A stretch of DNA of 64,000 bases, taken from the NCBI RefSeq assembly GCF_001194135.2, contig NC_069004.1:14783991-14847990 (forward strand). The letters run 5' to 3'. The translations under genes and the position numbers were made by a program. The notes under the pieces are model-generated. The model was not told where the DNA came from, searched no databases, and saw only the letters and a program-made list of their open reading frames with translations. Below are positions 53,205 through 64,000 of the stretch, one piece after another (the stretch's first letter is position 1; every line of letters begins with the position of its first letter). The stretch is from Octopus bimaculoides (taxonomy: Eukaryota).

Positions 53205-53714
53205 NNNNNNNNNNNNNNNNNNNNNNNNNNNNNNNNNNNNNNNNNNNNNNNNNNNNNNNNNNNNNNNNNNNNNNNNNNNNNNNNNNNNNNNNNNNNNNNN
53301 NNNNNNNNNNNNNNNNNNNNNNNNNNNNNNNNNNNNNNNNNNNNNNNNNNNNNNNNNNNNNNNNNNNNNNNNNNNNNNNNNNNNNNNNNNNNNNNNNNNN
53401 NNNNNNNNNNNNNNNNNNNNNNNNNNNNNNNNNNNNNNNNNNNNNNNNNNNNNNNNNNNNNNNNNNNNNNNNNNNNNNNNNNNNNNNNNNNNNNNNNNNN
53501 NNNNNNNNNNNNNNNNNNNNNNNNNNNNNNNNNNNNNNNNNNNNNNNNNNNNNNNNNNNNNNNNNNNNNNNNNNNNNNNNNNNNNNNNNNNNNNNNNNNN
53601 NNNNNNNNNNNNNNNNNNNNNNNNNNNNNNNNNNNNNNNNNNNNNNNNNNNNNNNNNNNNNNNNNNNNNNNATATACTATTAAACCTTGCAAACCAAATA
53701 TGAACTATATATAT

Positions 53715-53761
<47 letters not shown>

Positions 53762-56359
53762 AGGATGCATGGCTTAGTGGTTAGGGGTGTTGCACTCATG
53801 ACTTAGCGATCATGATTTCAGTTCCTAGGCCATGTGGTAGGTTGTGTTCTTGAGCAAAATACTATCTCACATTGCTTTTCAATTACTTCAACACCTGACG
53901 CATGGTACACCATATACCTATTCAGCCAGCATCAATTTGATGGAGGGAGTGAGCTAATGTACAGCATGAATATTTGATCAGTATAAACAAATCATTTGAG
54001 CAGGTCGTTCAGCAAAATAGCTGAACACTCATTTGCCATTTTCAGCAGGAGAGTGCATCACATGCACGTGCACGCATGCATGCATGCACACACACAAAAT
54101 GATGATGAAGAAACTAAAAAAGGAGAACCCTATTCTGAAAACTGACAATTATTTGTATCAGGCATTCAGCTGTAAAAATCATGCCAAAACTGGAATGTAC
54201 TGGTGAGACATCCCTGAATTATCCAAGAGAGTAGTAGCTCTAAATACGAATTGATTTGGAACTTCACAATCTACCCAACCCATGCCAGCATCTTAGGCAG
54301 ATGCAAAATGACAATGATAATGATGAATAAATGTTAACTGGTATAGTTGTATGAATTGGCCCAGGCATTTACTGTGTGATAAGATATTTGTTTCGCAGCC
54401 ACATGGTTCTGTATTCAGTCCCAATTCGTGGCACCTTGGGTAAGTGTCTTCTACTATAGCCTTAGGCCAACCAAAGCCTTGCGAGTTGACTTGGTAGGTG
54501 AAAACTGAAAGAAGCCTGTCATGTGTGTGTGTGTATCTTTGTGACTGTGTTTGTCCCCCACCACTGCTTTACAACCTGTATTGATGTGTTTACATCCTCA
54601 TAACTTAACAGTTTGGCAAAAGAGACTGATAGAATAGATACCAGGCTTTTAAAAAAAATATCTAATTACTGGGGTTGATTCATTCAGCTAAAATTCTTCA
54701 AGGTGGTGCCCCAGCATGGCCACAGTCTAATCACTGAAACAAGTCAAAGGTTGAAAGATAACAGTTTCTTCTTTCTTGTAAGTTTGCCAGTTTATTAAAT
54801 GTTGGCTGATTAATTGTCGAAACAACTGTTTTGACAATTGGTCTCCCTTCGCTGAACCATAACAATAGGGGAACCAGTCAACGAGAGGTAACTGCAATGA
54901 TTCATCTATTCACCCTTGTCTGTTTTTTTTTTAATAACTGGCCTGAAATCACATTTGTTAAATTGTTCATATTTCAGTCAAAATCTCAATTAAAATCTCA
55001 TTATCACATAAATAATATCATGAAATTCTACTTTGAAAATATCTAGAGTATTATTATATACCAGAATAACAAGCAAGAGAGCGTCTCTGTGTGATTGCTC
55101 TACATGCTAGCAATAGTGACCAAATCTCTCTCGATGCATCCACTGTCTTAGGAAAAAGATACACTGAATAATGTGATCCCGGGTTCTCTATGCATAGTAA
55201 AAAGACAGGATGGTCATATCTAGAATGTCCTTGATCATAGGTCAGCTTGGTTAGAGCTGACCAGAAACTAAATAACAACAACCAATATATAAAAAATTAC
55301 AGATATTTCTGTAAAACTTTTTCAAAGACTTCTTAGAGAAGACTTTGGAAATTAATGTATTTGAAGATTAATTAATGTAGTGAAAATTAATCGAAACACT
55401 TAGGCAGCCTATTCATTAGAAATATAATTAAGAAAAGGTTAATAAAGCTTGCAAAAATTGAATAAGTTTGCATGTGATACAGAGAAGCATTTGCTTATGA
55501 TTCTGTAGTTGTTTTATTTTTTTTTCATTTAGTCTCAAACATAAGAATTTACCTTATCACTTCTTCCAGTGCACAAACTTATCAAGTTTGTGTCCCATAA
55601 AGAGTCATGTCTTCTAATGTTTCAGTGAAGCCTTTCTTTTCATTTCTTCTCCAAGAAAGATAACGGTTCTGTCCACAACAATGTTAAAATTTACATCTTC
55701 CTTTTTTGCAGCATACAAACTTATTTAGTTTTTAGTACAGATTTTATTCACATATTTTTGCTGACAAAGGCTATCAATTGTTTCCATGAACATAATGTCT
55801 TTCTGAACTAGTTATAGCCATGGTGTGTCTGTGTGGTAAGAAGCTTGCTTCCTAACCACATGGTCGTGGGTTCAGTCCCACTGAGTGGCACCTTGGCAAA
55901 TGTATTCTACTACAGCCTCAGGCCAATTAAATCCTTATGAGTGGATTTGGCAGACAGAAACTGAAAAAGCTTGTTGTATATATATGATTTGGATGATGAA
56001 GGCACATTGCTCAGTTGTTAGAGTGTCAGGCTCACAATCATGAGGCAGTGAGTTCAATTCTTGGACTAGGCTGTGTTCTTGAGTAAGACACTTTATTTCA
56101 CATTGCTCCAGTTCACTCAGCTGCAGAAATGATTTGCAACATCACTGGTGCCAAGCTCTATCAGCTTTTGCCTTTCTTTTGGATAACATCTGTGGCATGG
56201 AAAAGGGTGGCTGGTATGCATGGGCGACTGCTAGCCTTCCATGAACAACCTTGCCCAGACTTGTGCCTCAGAGGGGAACTTTCGAGGTGCAATACCATGG
56301 TTATTCATGACAGAAGGGGGTCTTTACCCATACCAATGATGATGATGAAAAAAAAAAAA

Positions 56360-56406
<47 letters not shown>

Positions 56407-56883
56407 TGTCCCCCACTACCACTTGGCAACCAGTGAAATCATAGTTGTGTTCAATGCTGGTGACATGTAACTGGTACCCATGCCGGTGGCACATAATAAG
56501 TGCTCTCTGAACATTGGGCCTCACAGACGCAATGATAAGTGACCAAATCCTTTGGTGATATCCCATGTTTGAGAAGACCCATCAAGGCAAGTGAAATCGT
56601 AGTTGTGGCACATAAAGAGCAGCCATTACACTCTTGGAGTGGTTGGCATTAGGAAGGGCATCCAGCTGTAGAAACCATGTCAAATCAGACTAGAACCTGG
56701 TGCAGCCCTCTGGTTCGCCAGTTCCAATCAAACCATCTAACCCATGCCAACATGAAAAGTGGACGTTAAATGAAGATGATGAACCTTTTCTGTTAAATTG
56801 ACTCTGTAGTCTAGTATCAGTCTGTAATAACAACTGTTTTCCCTTCACTGATATTCATAATTTCCTTGGAAATATCATAAATC

Positions 56884-57157
56884 CATGCCTGTCGCTAAGG
56901 GTGGGGTGCACTTGATGGCACTGCCCCCTCACCATTCAGTGGTGCACTCTCAGATTTAGAAAACAGTTTACAAAAATCTTCCTGCAATACATTTCTTGAA
57001 GTCTAACATTCTCATTGAATAGTGAGGGGGCACTGTTGAATGGTGCACCCTCAGATTTGGAAAATACAGTTTACAAAAATCTCCCTGCAATACAAATTAA
57101 TGCCCATCCAGAATATTCTTAAGCACTCCCAGTCACTAAAATCTGGTAACAGGCTTG
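56884..57157. mobile_element. hAT-type MITE (274 bp)
   Basis: 8-bp TSD cataaatc (56876-56883, 57158-57165); imperfect TIRs catgcctg / caggcttg; internal direct and inverted repeats. Confidence 0.8.
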
Positions 57158-57704
57158 CATAAATCTCACATCTTTCCATGTCCTATTTTTCTACAAAGAC
57201 TTTCTTCAGCAGAATTCTCAGTCAGCAAACTTGAGGGTAAAGTCCAGTTTCCTTTCTGCTTTGTCTCCCAAATTCTTGTTCTCGATCCTGGGTGTACTGA
57301 TTTTGCTGTTTTTTCCCCCCAGTCTTAACGATGTGTGAAATTGACTTCAAGTATTTGGAAAAAATCCAGTTATTGTTGAAAGTTTGATCTAAACAACCAT
57401 AGAAAGATTGATAGCTTCTACTCTGCCAAAATCCTGTTATTACACTTAATATATCGATTGTAAATTATATCATTTTCTGAGAAAAAAATTTTTTTTCTCT
57501 CTCTGCAATTATTGATTTATTTGAGTTCTTTTTTTTTCTTGTTTATTTTTTATTTTTTTGGTTTTCCTTTCATCTGTCTCTTAATCTCATCTTCTTTTGT
57601 CCTTCAATAGACTTCCCCTCCCTCTACTTTGTCTCCATTTCCATACAACACTAACATTTTGATTTAAATTTCATTGAATTTTTTCTTTGCTCTTTCTCTC
57701 TCTA

Positions 57705-57752
<48 letters not shown>

Positions 57753-58219
57753 CCACCAATTTACCTCCTCCCTCTCCCTCTATAGTCTGCAGGTTTCTCC
57801 GAGAAATAAGAATACAGATTATTTCCCTTGTATTGCACCATTCTTCTGCATAGCTTATAGATTTGTTGCATGTTTATAAATGTCTAGACTACTTTTTTCC
57901 TGTCTTCCTCTTTTGATAATACTGACCATAACTGCTACACCAAATTAATGTATATCCTGTTATTTTATTGGTAAATGATTTTTTTTTTTAGCATTGAATG
58001 CTATAGCACTTGTACACACATGCAAAATACATACATATCTGCTGATATACATATATCAAATTCATACAATATATACACAAAAGGCCACAAGCATGGCTGT
58101 GTGCTGAAGAAGTTTTCCTTTGCCACCAGTGATTCTAGGTTCAGTTCCCTCCCCAGCACATTGGGCAAGCATCTTCTACCATAGTCTTATGAGTGGAATT
58201 TTGAAACTGCACTCTTCCA

Positions 58220-58258
<39 letters not shown>

Positions 58259-58709
58259 NNNNNNNNNNNNNNNNNNNNNNNNNNNNNNNNNNNNNNNNNN
58301 NNNNNNNNNNNNNNNNNNNNNNNNNNNNNNNNNNNNNNNNNNNNNNNNNNNNNNNNNNNNNNNNNNNNNNNNNNNNNNNNNNNNNNNNNNNNNNNNNNNN
58401 NNNNNNNNNNNNNNNNNNNNNNNNNNNNNNNNNNNNNNNNNNNNNNNNNNNNNNNNNNNNNNNNNNNNNNNNNNNNNNNNNNNNNNNNNNNNNNNNNNNN
58501 NNNNNNNNNNNNNNNNNNNNNNNNNNNNNNNNNNNNNNNNNNNNNNNNNNNNNNNNNNNNNNNNNNNNNNNNNNNNNNNNNNNNNNNNNNNNNNNNNNNN
58601 NNNNNNNNNNNNNNNNNNNNNNNNNNNNNNNNNNNNNNNNNNNNNNNNNNNNNNNNNNNNNNNNNNNNNNNNNNNNNNNNNNNNNNNNNNNNNNNNNNNN
58701 NNNNNNNNT

Positions 58710-59900
58710 TGAAATTATTCAAAATGGTTCTCTTTGCTGATGATACACTGCTCCAGATGTTTATTTTTTTTCTATTTTCCTGTTTTGTAACACCTCCTGG
58801 GATGTGTTTCATGGATAATGTACAGTTCTTATAGTGAATTGCATTCAAGTTAGAAAACAAAAATATCCATAGAGACAAAATTCAAAGAATATGGCAGCTG
58901 GTAGATGTGAGTAGTTTCATACTTTGCCAAAAAATCACAGATAAAATGTGATGCATAAGTAGCTGCATAGTCATGGTGCAGCATCTATATTTTGTTTGTC
59001 TGTGCCTCATGTCTCTTCCTTTGCAGAGCCTCTCTGAAACAGCTCGGGATAACCAAAGAAAACTCTTTGCTGATCGTTTTACCATATGGGACAAACTCTT
59101 GAAGAAACCTGTTCTTTCATTCAAAAATGATGACCAGCACCACCTATCATCAAAAATGATGATCTGCATCATCTATCATCAAAAATGACGATCTACATCA
59201 TCTGTCATCAAAAATGACAATTTACATCACCTATCATCAAAAATGATCTACATCACCTCTTAGAACAGTTCTGATGTCCTTATTTTAATGTCAGCAATGC
59301 TGGTGTAGTTCACTGCATTTGCTTCATTTTTGTTTTCACATTGTATCTGTACATTTACATTTCAGCAAGTTTTTATTAGTATTTAAGCGATCAAACGATT
59401 CTTGACTCACTATGACTCGATTCTCTATTTTGTTCATATGCTACTAGACACAATGCAAATTTTGCAGCAACATGTTACATCTTTAGTTTTCTTTTAAAAT
59501 CATGTAGTGAAAACATTTGCATTTGCTTACTTCTTCAGAAATTTCATCAATAGTCAGGCAATGGTTTTTATAGATCACAGCACTCGCTTTCACAAAGTGA
59601 TTATCATTGTCCATTGTCGTGGAACATCATCCAGATATTGCATCGTTGTTGGTGAATGTTTTTCTTCATTTAAAAAGTTAATACCATTTGTGACATTGCA
59701 TACAGCTCATTCTCCCTCAAAAGCTTGGTGCAACATTGGAAAAAGATTTGCACAAGTCAAGTTTTTCTCTGATTTGAAACAGAATTTCACATAAACTTGT
59801 TACTCTTCCAAATCCTTCACTGTTCAACATACAATAAATCACCAAGTGCTGTAGACATACATTCACCCTAGTTCATGCATCACAGACTAACTGATATGGC
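58710..59900 (-). mobile_element. Decayed mariner (DD34D-type) transposase
   Basis: Minus strand: VKFCFKSEK...MLHQAF, LTIDEISEEVS, LHHDYAATYASHFICDFLAK...PYS, and terminal EQCIISKENHFE, resembling mariner HTH, HHDNAPxH, PYSPD and WxKCI...YFE motifs. Confidence 0.75.
59117..59258. repeat. 29-bp minisatellite, 5 units, inside the mariner remnant
   Basis: tcaaaaatga recurs at 59121, 59150, 59179, 59208 and 59237. Confidence 0.9.
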
Positions 59901-60036
59901 ATGAAATACCTGTATGGGTGGCCTTGACTGAAAATCAGAGTCTTTGTTAGCCCTCTGTTTTTTTTAAAGTTCAATTTCCTTTTGGACACATTTCATATAC
60001 ATATATAATACACACACATTTACATGTATGTATGCT

Positions 60037-60213
60037 GGTACCATGTAAAAATCACCCATGCTGGTGTCACATAATAGAGCATTCATGCTAGTGACATGTA
60101 CAAGTGCACCCATCCTGGTACCATGTAAAAATCACCCATGCTGGTGTCACATAATAGAGCATTCATGCTAGTGACATGTACAAGTGCACCCATCCTGGTA
60201 CCATGTAAAAATC
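60037..60213. repeat. Exact 80-bp tandem duplication in the 5' module of a family C SINE
   Basis: ggtaccatgtaaaaatc at 60037, 60117 and 60197; the two full units are identical. Confidence 0.9.
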
Positions 60214-61319
60214 GCCCTTATCAGTACCACATAAAAGTGCACCCATGCTGGAACCATGTACTAAGAAGCATCCAGTATACTGTGTTAGGAAGGGCATCCA
60301 GCCATAGAGACCACACCAGAACAGATGACTGGAGCTTAGTGCAGCCTTCCAACTTGCCAGCCTCCGTCAAATCATCCAAGCCATGTCAACAGGGAAAATA
60401 AGTGCTAAATGATGATGATACACACACATACACCATCATTATTGTCGTTGTCGTTGTCACCTAACATCCATGTTCCATACTGGCATGAGTTGGACAGTTT
60501 GACAAGATCCAATGGGTCTAAACACTGCATCATGCTCTAATGTCTGTTTTGGCATGGTCTTTACAACTGAATAATACTCTTCTGAATGCTAGCCACTTGG
60601 CCATATCTACTGGGTGCATTTTTCATCCCACCAGCACTAGTGAGGTCACCATGCAATTCAATGACTATGACCCCCAAGTGGATGCTGGCTTTATGCTAAG
60701 AGTTGAGAGGTTAAAATGTGTGAGAAAGGGGCAGAGCAGATTCTTGCTGTAAAGGATTTATGTGGCTCCTCACATTCATTCTGAATTCAAATTTTGCCAA
60801 GGTTAACTTTGCCTTCCACCCTTTTGGGGTCAGTAAAATAAGTACCATTTGAGCACCAGGATCAGTGTAATCGACTTACCCCCACCCCTGAAATTGCTGG
60901 TCTTGTGCCAAAATTTAAAACCAGCATAAATCATCATTGTCATCATTTCAACTTCCCTCTTTCCTTGCAGGGGTTGGTTTGGGTTGACTGAAGTTTATTT
61001 GAGGCAGATTTTCTATGGTCACATCCTCTTCCCATCCCCAGCCCTCCTGCATCAAAGCAAATTAGTATTACCCCATAACCAGACATATGGCCGTAGAATA
61101 TTGGCTTCAAATTTTAGAACGAGGCCAGTAATTTCAGGGGAGTTGGTACATCAACCCCAGTGCCCAACTGGGACTTATTTTATCAACTGTGAAAGGATGA
61201 AAGCAAAGTCAACCCTGGCAGAATTTGAACTCAGAACATAAAGACAGATGAAATGCTCCTAAGCATTTCGCCCAGCATGCTAACAATTCTGCTAGCTTGC
61301 CCCTTATGGCTATACTCTC

Positions 61320-61693
61320 TCTCTTTCGCTTTTACTTGTTTCAGTCATTTGACTGTGGCCATGATGGAGCGCCGCCTTTAGTCGAGCAAATCGACCCCAG
61401 AACTTATTCTTTGGAAGCCTAGTACTTATCCTATCGGTCTCTTTTGCTGAACCACTAAGTTACGGAGACGTACACACACCAGCATCAGTTGTCAAGCTAT
61501 GTTGGGAGGGACAAACACAGACACACAAACATATACATATATATGACAGGCTACTTTCAGTTTCTGTCTACCAAATTCACTCACAAGGCTTTGGTCGGCC
61601 CAAGGCTATAGTACAAGACACTTGCCCAAGGTGCCACTGAACCCAGAACCATGTGGTTGGTAAGCAAGCTACTTACCACACAGCCACCTCTAC
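61320..61693 (-). mobile_element. SINE family A, full length
   Basis: Reverse complement of the near-consensus element. Confidence 0.88.
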
Positions 61694-61854
61694 GCCATAG
61701 TCTATTAGGAATAAATAACACTGTCTGTATGACCATTACAATCATTTACAACTACCACACAATGCCAAGACAAGGAAGCAAACAATCATACATATGCACA
61801 CACATACACACACATGGCTCCCTATTTCATTAGTTTCTTTTCTCTGTTTTTCAG

Positions 61855-61915
61855 CCTATACCTTGCAGGTCTCACCACTGGGGTTTTCACAACCTGGAGC
61901 ATGTTCTGTAAAAAT
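61855..61915 (+). CDS. Internal exon (LYLAGLTTGVFTTWSMFCKN if spliced to 52875)
   Basis: Acceptor tttcttttctctgtttttcag|, donor AAT|gtaagt; phase-2 entry is in frame with the exon ending at 52875 (CG+C = Arg). Confidence 0.65.
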
Positions 61916-62644
61916 GTAAGTATCTCAGACTAAATATGCTCTCTTTTGTAAAATTGATTCGTAAATAAACTCTGTTGAACATTTTCACCATCATCATCAT
62001 CATTACCATCATTATTGCCACCACCACCACCACCGTTATCTTTACTATCATTATCAGCAGCAACACCACCATCATTGTCATTATGAGCCAAAAGAATGGG
62101 GAGGCTGTTGCTAGAAAAAGTAATCAAATCTCCCCTGAATTGCACACCACCATTAAAAAAAAATGACACATTGTACTGCATTGTCTAAAGTTCATTATTC
62201 ATAGGAAAAAAATTGGGATGGTCACAAATGGATTGCTTTTGATCATGACTCTACTTGATCAGAGCCATTGTACAGAACTAAAGAACATCATGATCATCTA
62301 TTAACATCATGCTTTTGCTGCTGCTACTGCTGCTGCTGCTGCTGCTTCTTCTTNNNNNNNNNNNNNNNNNNNNNNNNNNNNNNNNNNNNNNNNNNNNNNN
62401 NNNNNNNNNNNNNNNNNNNNNNNNNNNNNNNNNNNNNNNNNNNNNNNNNNNNNNNNNNNNNNNNNNNNNNNNNNNNNNNNNNNNNCTCCTCCTCCTCCTC
62501 CTCCTCCCTCTTCTTCTTCTAATGTGTCAACCATTTAATCAGTAATACACCAGATTTCTGTGTTTCACTGCATCATTCTCTGATCCATGCCTGAATAACT
62601 GCATCTTCCCACCCAGTCAGCTATCACTCTTCTTCTGATGTTAC

Positions 62645-63170
62645 TCTTGTCACCAACATGCGGTACCACCAATAGTTCTTTCACTAACATGTGGTACCGC
62701 TAATAGTTCTTTCACTGATGTGACACCACTGCTAGTCCTCTTACCAACTATTAGTGATACCACTAATAGTTCTTTCACTGACATGTGACGCCACTGATAG
62801 TCCACTCACCAACATGTTGTACTACTGATAGGCCTTTCACTGACATGTAGTTCCACTGCTAGTCTTCTTACTAACATCTGGTATCACTACTGGATCTTTC
62901 ACTGACATGTAGCACAACTGATAGTCTACCCACCAACATGTAGTACCACTAATAGATCTTTCACTGGCATGTGGTACCGCTGATAGCCCACTCACCAACA
63001 TGTGGTGGTACCACTAATAAGTCTTTCACTGACATGTGGTACCACTAACAGTTTTTTTACTGACATGTGGTATCACTGATAATCCACTCCCCAACATGTG
63101 ATGCCACTAATAGTCCTCTTATGAAACTTATAGCATCACTGATAGTCCTCTAACCAATATGCGATATCAC
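62645..63170. repeat. ~31-bp degenerate minisatellite (tagtctttcactgacatgtggtaccactaa), ~17 units
   Basis: Alternating ttcactgacatg / caccaacatg unit variants visible in tandem. Confidence 0.85.
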
Positions 63171-64000
63171 TGAGACTGCTGTGGATCTCAGCTAGGCCAA
63201 GGTATGGTATAACAGACAGATATCATACAAGCCATACCTAGTTATTCAGCTATTTACTTGTATGCTATAAGTTGGCTTTATAAGAGCTCACCTTGAGTTA
63301 CATAGCTGCAATAACAACAACAATAACTACAGAATCTTTCCATGGTCTTTGTTTGCCACTGAATGGATTGGATGCAGGAAGAATTTAGTATCTTGTTCAC
63401 GAGCACAGAATGACAATGGTCTTTCTTATTTAAAAATGGATAACTTTCATAAAGAATTTTATCTTATGATTTACATTAAATTTTTATATAAATTCTGGAT
63501 GAAATATAAAATAAGACAAAAATTACTAAAAAAAAAAAGGAAAGGAAGAAGAAAAAACACTCTTAGTTCTTTGTAAATAAATGGTTTATTCCATGAAAGA
63601 TGAAACATTGTTAAATTTTGTATCCAAAAATTCAATTGCCAAAAATTCTATAGTTCCACTCCAAAAACTAAACTAAATATATGAAAGAGCTTTTGAACTC
63701 CTCTACAAAAGAGTTTATTATTTTTTTTCCCCTTTGCATAGAGCATTGTGTATGTGTGTGTGAACATTTCGTAAACTAATTCTAGGGAATGATAAATTGG
63801 TTAGAAAACAGATACGTATGATGGTGCATGTAGTGGTGGTGATGGTGGTGTGGTTGTGGTTGTGGTGGTAGTATTTGTGTTGGATGGTTTTGGCTAATAC
63901 TCTTCAAAATTCTCTCATCCACTCCTTTTTCAATTTTGTTTCGAAAGTTAACAACAATGTATAATGTAAACATTATTATCAATATATATATATATATATA

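Noticed and set aside
11610-58878. Long ORFs in the track containing X runs
   Set aside because: They are open only because N gaps and (TA)n/(CA)n tracts contain no stop codons.
58973-59188. + strand ORF with a good acceptor (ctttgcag)
   Set aside because: Antisense to the mariner remnant and runs into the minisatellite.
28353-63170. 26-31-bp repeat arrays (28353, 59117, 62645) as CRISPR-like arrays
   Set aside because: Units are directly tandem with no unique spacers, there are no cas genes, and the context is eukaryotic.

Overview
AT-rich, repeat-dense eukaryotic genomic DNA with many assembly gaps (N runs) and abundant (TA)n, (CA)n, (CT)n, (TTA)n and (CAT)n microsatellites. The SINE families and sequence texture look like an octopus (cephalopod) scaffold; this is recognition from memory, not a database hit. 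Almost all ORFs in the supplied track are artefacts of microsatellites, N gaps or SINEs. Most of the window is intron-like DNA carrying at least four SINE families, LINE remnants (RTE, R4/Dong-like, CR1-like), decayed Tc1/mariner transposases and hAT-, piggyBac- and Tc1-type MITEs. The best-supported host-gene signal is two in-frame + strand exons (52765-52875 and 61855-61915). They would encode a basic, mitochondrial-presequence-like N-terminus followed by a hydrophobic segment; the gene could not be named. The most notable oddities are: a 650-bp coding-like insertion with an 11-bp target-site duplication inside a SINE head; a minimal hammerhead-ribozyme motif plus three decayed relatives; a fold-back element with a telomeric-repeat loop; and a tandem array built from a piggyBac-type MITE with a younger copy inserted into it. 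Repeat boundaries are approximate (about +/-10-20 bp) unless a TSD or splice site fixes them.
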